A program made the translations under genes and the position numbers. This document shows, in pieces, positions 1 through 7,900 of a stretch of DNA of 42,220 nucleotides; the stretch's first letter is position 1, and each line of letters begins with the position of its first letter. The notes beneath the pieces were generated by a model. That model made no database searches. It saw only the letters and a program-made list of their open reading frames with translations, and was not told the origin of the DNA. Source of the DNA: a virus (taxonomy: Duplodnaviria; Caudoviricetes); IMG/VR virus record IMGVR_UViG_3300037424_002814, positions 1 through 42,220 of that record. One strand, given 5' to 3'.

Positions 1-12
1 TGATGAGGTGTC

Positions 13-78
13 AATCGCAACAGAAAATGCGACTTCGTGATAACAGAAAATGAGGTTTTTTAACGAATTATGCGACTA
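13..78 (+). repeat. Putative transposase-binding sites at the mom-side phage end
   Basis: Three related motifs about 20-23 bp apart: AACAGAAAATGCGA (19-32), AACAGAAAATGAGG (42-55), AACGAATTATGCGA (62-75). An inverted copy occurs near the other end. Confidence 0.65.
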
Positions 79-162
79 CTTTTGTTGATAACTCGGTCGA
101 CCAACCCAAAAACTGTACCAGTATTGTGAACACCCTGCCCGTGGATCCTCCTATGTTTTGTC

Positions 163-951
163 CTAGAAATTTCTAATGAGGAGCTCCCGAAAGGACTGGC
201 TACCGGTCTTGCCGGCCTTAAGATTGATACCTTTTTGCCGCGCAACGCGCTCAATCTTAAATTCTTTATAGAACCGGCGGGCCTCGGGGCAGTCGTCATA
301 AGAGAGAAGAAATTTGCCCTTAATTCGGCCCAAACAGGCCCGCAGCCTAGCGTGGTCATCCGCAGTGAAGACAACCCCCTGTTTATCATACCCAACCCCA
401 TGAAAATAGGGCGGGTCACAATAGAAAAAGGTGTCGGGCGAGTCGTATTGAGTGATGCAGCGCTCGAAGTCGAGGTTCTCAACAAGGACCTTATCAAGAC
501 GTTCCCGCGCCTTCGCGAGGCATTCAATAACCGCCCACTTACTCTTGCCGGCGCCACCACCTTTGCGGCCTGTCGCATAATGTCCACCCATCGCTCCAAA
601 GCTGAAATTAAATAACAATAGAAAGCGCGCGGCCCGCTGGATCTCGGTGAGGGGTTTGTATCCCTTGAGTTCGGTAAACAGACGCCGGGAGATAAAGAAC
701 CCCTCGGCCTCCCGGACAAGCTCTTTGCCGTGGAACTTCGTCTGCAGAAAAAGATTATAAAGATCTCCGTTGATGTCATTATAGACCTCGCCGGCGAGCT
801 CGCCGGTAGAAGACCGCATCCGTCCTTTTTTAAAGAGCACCCAGGCAGCACCGCCGAAAGGTTCGCAATAACATGCGTGTGGTGGGATGCGCCTGATGAT
901 CTTTTTGGCGAGCAGGCGCTTGCCACCGACCCATTTTATCGGACTATTCAC
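163..951 (-). CDS. dam: DNA adenine methyltransferase, D12/Dam class, in the mom position
   Basis: SPIKWVGGK N-terminus, YCEPFGGAAWV SAM motif, VYNDINGDL, catalytic DPPY, FLLSYDD; GGAGG RBS before GTG. Confidence 0.92.
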   Translation of the reverse strand: MNSPIKWVGGKRLLAKKIIRRIPPHACYCEPFGGAAWVLFKKGRMRSSTGELAGEVYNDINGDLYNLFLQTKFHGKELVREAEGFFISRRLFTELKGYKPLTEIQRAARFLLLFNFSFGAMGGHYATGRKGGGAGKSKWAVIECLAKARERLDKVLVENLDFERCITQYDSPDTFFYCDPPYFHGVGYDKQGVVFTADDHARLRACLGRIKGKFLLSYDDCPEARRFYKEFKIERVARQKGINLKAGKTGSQSFRELLIRNF

Positions 952-964
952 TGGACACCTCCAT

Positions 965-1070
965 GCGTTATACTCGCCCGCGAGGGGAATCGGGCGAATG
1001 CTCCTGCGCTGGAGGTAGCCAGCGTGGTGGGGCGGGGGACGTCAATCCCCCACCCCAGGTTCCCCTGTCG
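965..1070 (-). promoter_or_regulatory. Structured RNA leader upstream of the methyltransferase
   Basis: Stems 1028-1039/1046-1057, 1007-1012/1019-1024, 974-980/991-997, and 983-989/1060-1066 pairing into the last loop. A G-U pair favours folding on the minus strand. Confidence 0.5.
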
Positions 1071-1075
1071 CTTAC

Positions 1076-1321
1076 CTATATCTCCATATTTCCGCCGTCG
1101 CCGAGGATGACAGGGGCGGATGTAATAACATATCCCTTGGAGGGATCTCCATCCGGATACTGGAGAGAGACAGTCTGCCCTACGGCGCCATCGGCAAAGT
1201 TGGCCGTGATCTCCCGGGTGCCGATCCTGATGGTGCATAGATTCCCGGTCTTGGCTATAATCTTGCCAAATCCAAGATTCTCGATGCTGTGTTTATGAAC
1301 GTATTGTTTAATCGTTTTCAT
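1076..1321 (-). CDS. Hypothetical protein at end of tail module (OB-fold-like)
   Basis: Compact 81 aa ORF co-oriented in the operon, beta-rich pattern. Confidence 0.6.
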   Translation of the reverse strand: MKTIKQYVHKHSIENLGFGKIIAKTGNLCTIRIGTREITANFADGAVGQTVSLQYPDGDPSKGYVITSAPVILGDGGNMEI

Positions 1322-1331
1322 CGTATCATGC

Positions 1332-1508
1332 CTAGTCGTCTTTTATCTTGCTCCAATCAACCATTTCGTGAAAACCGCAACCTTCCCTGGGACATTCGGT
1401 ACTTATCCTGCCAAAAAATTGGTCTTCATCCAGCACCCCGACCTTCCCACATTTTGGGCACTTTACTGTCCATGTATCTCCAGCCTTGACGGGCTTGGAA
1501 AATTTCAT
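1332..1508 (-). CDS. Small zinc-ribbon protein (58 aa, not in ORF track)
   Basis: Manual translation MKFSKPVKAGDTWTVKCPKCGKVGVLDEDQFFGRISTECPREGCGFHEMVDWSKIKDD; CxxC and CxxxxC; fills the gap exactly. Confidence 0.65.
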   Translation of the reverse strand: MKFSKPVKAGDTWTVKCPKCGKVGVLDEDQFFGRISTECPREGCGFHEMVDWSKIKDD

Positions 1509-1598
1509 CGCTTCACGTCCTTAAATTCCACAGTTCTCACGGTATTGTCACTGCGTGACACCATCTCTTTAATATTTTTTATCAAAAAGGATGAAGGC

Positions 1599-2174
1599 TC
1601 ACCTGGTTACGTCTTTAAATTCAACAGTCCTTATTGTATCGATTAGACTATCTTTATCGCCGTGGATGGTGATGCTCTCGATGCGCACCGATTGATTAAG
1701 CCCCCTCATGTTGTCCTGGAGCTTGCGGGTATTGCCGACTTCCAATCCCTGAAAGTGCACACCCGGAGTGAGGTCGCGGTTGATCTTAATATGGGTGCCC
1801 TCATCGATCTCACGGAGAGCGCGGTCAAGGCGGGCCTGGGCGCTTACCAGCAGGGGATCGATGACCTCTTGTTTGTCGGTAAAGGGGCCGATGGCAAAGA
1901 CGGCCTGGGGATCCTCCTCGAGGAGCGTCACGATACAGTGCCAGGTCTCTTGATCGTTAAAGAGGGAGATCACCGGCGTCTCGGCATCCTGGACGAGAAC
2001 CACCTCCACGGCGGCGCCGAAGGCAAAGACCCCATAGGCCACGCGATTAGTCCCGGCATCCCGGTCGGCCTTGGTGGTAAAAAACTCCACCAGCCCCTGA
2101 CCTCCTGATGGACCGACCTTGATCCACCACTGGATATTCGGATTTAAGTTTAAACTTACGATTTGGGCAGCCAT
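1599..2174 (-). CDS. Hypothetical tail-associated protein
   Basis: 191 aa ORF abutting neighbours in the late operon. Confidence 0.7.
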   Translation of the reverse strand: MAAQIVSLNLNPNIQWWIKVGPSGGQGLVEFFTTKADRDAGTNRVAYGVFAFGAAVEVVLVQDAETPVISLFNDQETWHCIVTLLEEDPQAVFAIGPFTDKQEVIDPLLVSAQARLDRALREIDEGTHIKINRDLTPGVHFQGLEVGNTRKLQDNMRGLNQSVRIESITIHGDKDSLIDTIRTVEFKDVTR

Positions 2175-2175
2175 C

Positions 2176-2868
2176 TTATTCCTTTGGTTTATAGTATGCG
2201 AGCTGATGCCAGCGAAGTTTTTTCCACATGAAACTCTTCTCGATCATGGCGATCTCCAGATCCCAGCAGAGCCGGTAGCCGGCATCGCAGAAGATGCGGT
2301 CCCACCATTCTTTATGCCGAATCGTTTGGTGTGTGGGATCCAAGTCTGTAAGTTCGACATTTAGCGCGACGCTGGGGGGCCTTAATACCAGCCCCACCCA
2401 CATTTTGCCGCCTGGTTTGTGCAGCCGGAAGCATTCTCTGGCCAGATCGGCGCATCGAGTCTCCGGGAGGTGCTCAAAGACCTGCTGGCTGAAGATAAAA
2501 TCAAAATGGGCATCCGGCCATTCGCGAAGATCATGAGCAGACCCGCAAAAGACGCGATCACCCAAACCGTAGCGTTGCCGCCCCCAATCGATTGCGTATT
2601 GGGAGATATCAACCCCATAGGCATCGATGCCCATCTGCTGCCAGTTCGCCACCATCATGCCGGCGGCACAGCCGAGATCCAAAACGCGATCGCCCTTTTT
2701 GAGCTCAAAGATAGGGGTAAAGTCACGGGCCATGTCGCGGTTCATCCCCTCGAGATTGAGAAGGCCGTCATATCCTGCTTTGGGCTTATCCCCATCTCCC
2801 CAGTAGTTCTTATCAAAAAAGGAGCCATCGATAATCCCCGGTTTAAATCCTGTTGTTTTTTTTGCCAT
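2176..2868 (-). CDS. Class I SAM-dependent methyltransferase
   Basis: VLDLGCAAG motif I, AYGVDIS motif II, FDFIFSQQVFEHL, LHKPGG; AAGGAG RBS supports ATG at 2868. Confidence 0.9.
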   Translation of the reverse strand: MAKKTTGFKPGIIDGSFFDKNYWGDGDKPKAGYDGLLNLEGMNRDMARDFTPIFELKKGDRVLDLGCAAGMMVANWQQMGIDAYGVDISQYAIDWGRQRYGLGDRVFCGSAHDLREWPDAHFDFIFSQQVFEHLPETRCADLARECFRLHKPGGKMWVGLVLRPPSVALNVELTDLDPTHQTIRHKEWWDRIFCDAGYRLCWDLEIAMIEKSFMWKKLRWHQLAYYKPKE

Positions 2869-2879
2869 GCTTTTCTCCT

Positions 2880-3239
2880 TTATAGGCCACATCTCCACGC
2901 CTCTTCTCTAATGTTAAGGGCCGCCGCATCCAAGTCTTGGTCGAATATTATTCCGCGGTGGTCCACAGTGATACGCCCCGCGCGTCCATTTTTGTCGACG
3001 CCGATAACGACATAGCCGAGCCAGCGCGGATTGCCCCCGAGCGGCGCAGCACCGAGTCGGGCGATGCAATAGCGCGCCTTGTTTTTAAACCCTACCGGGA
3101 GAAACCGGGGGACTGTTTCACCCCAGACGGGCACCAATATGCCGGCACTTTGTAGCCGGCGATCCCCGGGGACGTGGTTCCAATCGCCGATCTCGACTTC
3201 CGTCGCCTGCTGACCATTTTCATAAATGACAAAGAACAT
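2880..3239 (-). CDS. Hypothetical protein
   Basis: 119 aa ORF with AGGAG RBS between the GT and MTase genes. Confidence 0.6.
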   Translation of the reverse strand: MFFVIYENGQQATEVEIGDWNHVPGDRRLQSAGILVPVWGETVPRFLPVGFKNKARYCIARLGAAPLGGNPRWLGYVVIGVDKNGRAGRITVDHRGIIFDQDLDAAALNIREEAWRCGL

Positions 3240-4180
3240 AGGCGTTTTCTCCTATAGTGTTTTAGAACTGCATCGATTACTTGTTCCACAGGGATATTGC
3301 GGCACAGGGCATATTGATGCGGATCGTGGCATTGCGAGTCGTACCAGCACGGGCAGCAGGGCAGCCCGGTCTGCTGGAGAACCATCGCCTTTTTATAACC
3401 CCGGGTGCGGATCCTGCCATCGATGTGGGTAAAAAGCCACAGCGTGGGGATCCCTAATCCGACTGCCGAGTGCATGGGGCCGGTATCTACCCCTGCCACG
3501 AGCTGACACACTGAGAGCACTGCCAGCATCTGGCGGATGGTATAGCCGATTACCGGCACCCCGACAGTGGCGAATTCTATGGCATCCCACGATTTGACCC
3601 CGGCCATAATGATCACCGGCGCGATCTCTGGCGCCGTCTTGCTCAGCTGATATAAGGCCTTGATCCATTGATCCCATGAGCGCACCCAGGCATAACTCTC
3701 CGGCACGATGCCCAGGATGAATCTGCCGGCAAGCCCTTTCTCGCACACCCATTGCTGCGCCCATGCCTGCTCTTTTGCCGATAGATAAACGCGCGGATGC
3801 GCCTTGCCTTTGAGCCCGAGTTTGGCTGCCCAGATCTCGGGGCGATTGCGGTCCACATTCGGCTGCAGGGCCCGCTCGTATTCGATGCAGGGGGTGGTGA
3901 TGTCCCATTTCCTGCCGAAGGAGAGCCCGTCAAAGAGCCCTGGGGGGGTCTCTTTGCTGGCATCATTTTTACGGCAGGCCAGGGCCTCGATGCCGGGGAC
4001 GTTTTCGCACAGAGGGAGCAGTTCTGCAGGACAGCCGAAGGTAATGGGGATCCCCGTCTCCTTGACGTAGAGCTCCGCCACGGCGAGGGACATCTGCACA
4101 TCACCCCAACCGCCAAGGCCACGACGGATCCCGACTTTGCGATAGGAAGAAGTCAGAAGTCTAGGGTCAGAAGTCAGCAT
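3092..4180 (-). CDS. Glycosyltransferase family 9 (heptosyltransferase-like)
   Basis: RGLGGWGDV N-terminal motif, VAGVDTGPMHSAVGLGIPTLWLF, C-terminal LPCCPCW...C...C cluster; 3' end overlaps the next gene by about 150 nt. Confidence 0.88.
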   Translation of the reverse strand: MLTSDPRLLTSSYRKVGIRRGLGGWGDVQMSLAVAELYVKETGIPITFGCPAELLPLCENVPGIEALACRKNDASKETPPGLFDGLSFGRKWDITTPCIEYERALQPNVDRNRPEIWAAKLGLKGKAHPRVYLSAKEQAWAQQWVCEKGLAGRFILGIVPESYAWVRSWDQWIKALYQLSKTAPEIAPVIIMAGVKSWDAIEFATVGVPVIGYTIRQMLAVLSVCQLVAGVDTGPMHSAVGLGIPTLWLFTHIDGRIRTRGYKKAMVLQQTGLPCCPCWYDSQCHDPHQYALCRNIPVEQVIDAVLKHYRRKRLCSLSFMKMVSRRRKSRSAIGTTSPGIAGYKVPAYWCPSGVKQSPGFSR

Positions 4181-4185
4181 CTTTG

Positions 4186-4869
4186 TTATACCGTGTAGTC
4201 CATCAACCAAATCTCATCCGGAAATTTCTGCCCGGAGATGGGCCTCGTTAATTTGTAAGTCTGCGTGCCGTTGTATCCCTCGCCCCCATCGCATGCACGG
4301 ATAACGGTCATGCCGGGCTGGGGTGCTGACCCCTCAACTCCCGGGAAGAGTAAGACCCAATCCGGGGTCTCTTCTGTGCCGACATTGGCATACCAGCCGA
4401 TAACCGGTGGAGCCCCGGTGTATTGATATTCCATACTGATCACATGACCGATCGAGTCGGCAGGCAAAAGATCGCACGGGATCTTGTAATCGAGATTAAA
4501 AAAGGTCTCTTCTTCTGCTACCGGCGCCACCCCGGAACATTGACAAAAACCCTCGTCTCCCTTAAGCAAGCTCGCCACATCTACCGCAGCACCAACGACC
4601 TTCGCGGTAGGGAACCAATCTGCTGCCGGGGGCATGGTAAGTCCGATGCCGCCGATCAGGGGTTTCCCAAGAACCTCTGGTGGCCCGGCCGAATATCCAG
4701 TTAGCACAGTACCTTTAAAAATTTTGTGGTCGGCCGTCAGCATCAGATAATCATCCCAGGCATGGAGCTGGGGTGGGGTAGAGAGGTCCTCGGAAAAGCT
4801 CGCCTTGAAGACATTCATGGCGGCATGTTGGCCGATTCCGGTTGGTCTAAGTGGGTTTGAAAGACTCAT
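4186..4869 (-). CDS. Hypothetical tail protein
   Basis: 227 aa, AGGAG RBS, tail operon position. Confidence 0.65.
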   Translation of the reverse strand: MSLSNPLRPTGIGQHAAMNVFKASFSEDLSTPPQLHAWDDYLMLTADHKIFKGTVLTGYSAGPPEVLGKPLIGGIGLTMPPAADWFPTAKVVGAAVDVASLLKGDEGFCQCSGVAPVAEEETFFNLDYKIPCDLLPADSIGHVISMEYQYTGAPPVIGWYANVGTEETPDWVLLFPGVEGSAPQPGMTVIRACDGGEGYNGTQTYKLTRPISGQKFPDEIWLMDYTV

Positions 4870-4885
4870 GACATCATCTCCTTTT

Positions 4886-7111
4886 TTATATATTCCTTCT
4901 TACCGATGAAGTGCGCAGAAAATATGAGCCGGCCGACGGTTTCACCAGCCGATCAACGAGGCTGATGACCCCCTGCAAATAAGCCTTACCTCCAGGAGTG
5001 AGATCGAAATCTCCGAGCAGGTATCCCTTTCTCTCATTGACGAGATCGATGCTGCCGAGGAGATATCGCAGCCCAGGCCATTCGGTGGGGTCGACAAGGT
5101 TTATATCGCCCAGGAGATAGCCCTTGCCGCCGCAGACAAGATCAAAATTGCCGATGATATAGAGTACTGCCGTCCAAATAGCTTCTATGGTCAGAGAGGT
5201 CATGATTGGCGACCGATACCCATTGCCGGAGAGCACGACCTTGTATTGCATATAGGTATTTGGTGTGCTCGTGGACTCGGCGCCGGCGCTATTCGAGAAG
5301 AACACGTCCGATTTGATATCATCCAAATAGCAGGTAAAGACCGCGCTGGCGCTGATGCACTTGAGGCATATATAGACAATGGCATCCCGCAGCTCCGGGG
5401 ATATCCGCGACAGGTCCCAGAACTCCTGCTGCCAGGTATCGGCCTCCCGGATATCGATGTCATAGATCATGGGGACGGCGCCTGCCCCGGCTAGATCGGA
5501 TTCGCCGACCTGCATCTGGAGGTATTTGCCGACGCGGTCTGATCTGATCCAAAATGATATATATGATTTTTCTGACAGATCCAGGGCAGAAATATCGATA
5601 TCGCAATATTTATCCTTGGCTGAAGTAGTGGCTACGACCTTGAGGCTGCCGGTGCCTTCCTGCTTGATCGTCGTTTCCTGGGATTTCGCAAAGTTGACGG
5701 CATCATTGGTTGCCCAGTCGGCCTCATCATCGCAGGCATCTACCACCACGGCATCAGCAGATGGCTTCCACCCCTCCCAGCTTTCATCTGCCGGTGTTAC
5801 TGCGCCGGTCCTGGTCAATAGCTGGACCTGGGTATTGGAGCAGATAAAATCGTCAAAACGTCGGTCAATGGCCGAACCGTTGGCATTATTGATGTGAAGG
5901 ATGAATCGCTGCTTGTCCGGGAAGGTGGCAGTATCAACAGAAAGCGATCCGATGTATTTATTATCAACCCAGCCATAGACTTTTGAATTTTCCTCGTCCC
6001 ACAGAATCTTGAGCGTGTGGAAGGTGGTATCCTCATTGCCAAACAAGGCCGTGGGGCCGGTGACGCTCCCTGCCGGCTGCTCGCCATCCTCCACTTTTTC
6101 CACGCGGTATCCGTCGGCCTGGATGGAGATCTCCACAAAGTTGGTGGAATCGGCATCCATTCTAAACAAGATCTCCTTGCCGAGAGCTATCGCAGTTGGA
6201 GCCTTGAATCTGATCTGCTGAAACCAGGAGAGGCGCTTATTGGTGTATGGCGTGTAGATGGCACAATACCCATTGCCCAACGGCGTGCCACTATATTTAA
6301 GCTCCCCACCAGTCTCCTCGAAGTCGGTCCCGGTGATAGAGCCCATCGCCTTTGCCCACTGTGCATCAAGGCTGCCGTCCGCAAAATTATCATCCTTGGT
6401 GGCATTTGCATTCTGATCCCAGGCAAGGGTCAGATTGCCCAGGGCAGCCAACTCATCCGAGGTGATCTCGCCGTTCTGATGATAGGTATTGACAAAATCG
6501 ATGTCGTCAAATTCATTGATGCTGCCACTATGGGCCTGGAAGAGTACACCTGCGCAGTTTTTAAGAACACTGAGGGATTCATACTTTATGGTGGTTGTAC
6601 CTATGGTAACTACAATGCAGCCATCCTGGCAGATGATCTCTACGTTGTGCAAGCCGGTGCCGTAGGTATAGGCTGAATAGGCAACACGCGTATCCACACC
6701 TCCAACTGTCTCGTAAATGTCTATGACATCATTAGCGTAATTACAGCCAATCTTGATTTTATTGTTGGTGTCCAAGTATCGCGGATAGACAAGCCATCTG
6801 TTGTAGGTGCCGGAGACAAATTTTACCTTGAATTTGAGTTTATAATTATCGCAGATGCCGGGAGCCGTGGCCCTCAAAAGCCCGTCCCCGCTATTTTTCA
6901 CTACCTGATTCCCGCCGTCATTTTGAACTGCCCAGACCCCACTCACGTCGGTAAAACCGGCAGGGTCGTTGCCTATGGTATCATCCTCAAAATCCGTGGA
7001 AAACGGTCCGCCGAGCTTAACTTCAGGGGACTCCTCCGCTCCCTCGATGACGAGTTGCTTCAACTCATCATAAGTTTCAAACTCGGTTATGGTGTCGTGC
7101 AGAATGCTCAT
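4886..7111 (-). CDS. Putative tail fibre/receptor-binding protein with lectin-like beta-sandwich domains
   Basis: 741 aa acidic and beta-rich; repeated DDF/DFE...W...G and FDD/LDD motifs typical of ConA/CBM folds; five C-terminal YxxGxxxL repeats. Confidence 0.6.
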   Translation of the reverse strand: MSILHDTITEFETYDELKQLVIEGAEESPEVKLGGPFSTDFEDDTIGNDPAGFTDVSGVWAVQNDGGNQVVKNSGDGLLRATAPGICDNYKLKFKVKFVSGTYNRWLVYPRYLDTNNKIKIGCNYANDVIDIYETVGGVDTRVAYSAYTYGTGLHNVEIICQDGCIVVTIGTTTIKYESLSVLKNCAGVLFQAHSGSINEFDDIDFVNTYHQNGEITSDELAALGNLTLAWDQNANATKDDNFADGSLDAQWAKAMGSITGTDFEETGGELKYSGTPLGNGYCAIYTPYTNKRLSWFQQIRFKAPTAIALGKEILFRMDADSTNFVEISIQADGYRVEKVEDGEQPAGSVTGPTALFGNEDTTFHTLKILWDEENSKVYGWVDNKYIGSLSVDTATFPDKQRFILHINNANGSAIDRRFDDFICSNTQVQLLTRTGAVTPADESWEGWKPSADAVVVDACDDEADWATNDAVNFAKSQETTIKQEGTGSLKVVATTSAKDKYCDIDISALDLSEKSYISFWIRSDRVGKYLQMQVGESDLAGAGAVPMIYDIDIREADTWQQEFWDLSRISPELRDAIVYICLKCISASAVFTCYLDDIKSDVFFSNSAGAESTSTPNTYMQYKVVLSGNGYRSPIMTSLTIEAIWTAVLYIIGNFDLVCGGKGYLLGDINLVDPTEWPGLRYLLGSIDLVNERKGYLLGDFDLTPGGKAYLQGVISLVDRLVKPSAGSYFLRTSSVRRNI

Positions 7112-7531
7112 TTATGGTCCTCTAAATCTTAGAGCCTTGATACTGTGGCAGAGGTCGTGCAGCTTGTTCGCCAGGGAGCCGGCGATGAGGCCGATTAAAA
7201 AAACATTAATTATTAGGCCCCCTATTGCCCCGCACCGATTTATAGAAAATATAAAGGCCGGGGTGCCGCAAGGCGGCAGAGAAAACATAAGGAGCGAGAC
7301 CATCCATCCCATCCAAAATGACTGACAGAATTTGCAGCGGATGAATTCCCGCAGCCAGGGGATCTGCACGATGCCGGTATTAATTTTTTCCCCTACCAAA
7401 TGCGCCTTATCCTCGCCAACCAGATAAATCTTTAGCTGCCGGGTCCAGTAGAAACGATGCAGACCTTCCAATAGGCGCTCGGTGATGATGGCCGAGATAA
7501 AAATAATAGATATAAGATTATCCAGTGGCAC
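7112..7531 (-). CDS. Membrane protein with CxxC (DUF1360-like)
   Basis: Hydrophobic segments around CKFCQSFW. Confidence 0.55.
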   Translation of the reverse strand: MPLDNLISIIFISAIITERLLEGLHRFYWTRQLKIYLVGEDKAHLVGEKINTGIVQIPWLREFIRCKFCQSFWMGWMVSLLMFSLPPCGTPAFIFSINRCGAIGGLIINVFLIGLIAGSLANKLHDLCHSIKALRFRGP

Positions 7532-7874
7532 GCTGCCCTCTCACCAACATCTGAGGTTTTTCACAATGCGGACAGGTCACCCGCTTCTCTTTCTCACCAC
7601 AACAGGGCTGTTCGACCTCAAACGTCTTATGACACCCCTGGCATACGACCGGGATCATCTTTACTCTCCGCTCCCCCTGGGCGGGAAATCGCTGGCTCAG
7701 GAGATTCATTACCTGATGAGCAGCGAGATCAAGCAGGTGCGCTCGCACTTTCTTATCCTCCCAGTTGATGGCCGGGAAGACCTCTGCGTCCTTAACCGTC
7801 GCCTTTAGCGTGAGTTCGCCTCCAGTGATATCCATCTCAATCTTGATCAAATCTGTCTCGTAGGCTGCCGTCAT
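7518..7874 (-). CDS. Zinc-ribbon protein
   Basis: CQGC...CPHC at C-terminus; GGGGG RBS. Confidence 0.65.
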   Translation of the reverse strand: MTAAYETDLIKIEMDITGGELTLKATVKDAEVFPAINWEDKKVRAHLLDLAAHQVMNLLSQRFPAQGERRVKMIPVVCQGCHKTFEVEQPCCGEKEKRVTCPHCEKPQMLVRGQRATG

Positions 7875-7900
7875 CTTTTTTAAATCCCCCTTCCTTATGA

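Noticed and set aside
1599-1601. General UGA recoding (alternative genetic code)
   Set aside because: Many genes end at TGA coupled to the next start; only 10243 shows in-frame continuation with a hairpin
3092-3260. Frameshift at GT9 3' end (150-nt overlap with next gene)
   Set aside because: The GT domain is complete before the overlap; cannot distinguish a lost stop from a sequence error
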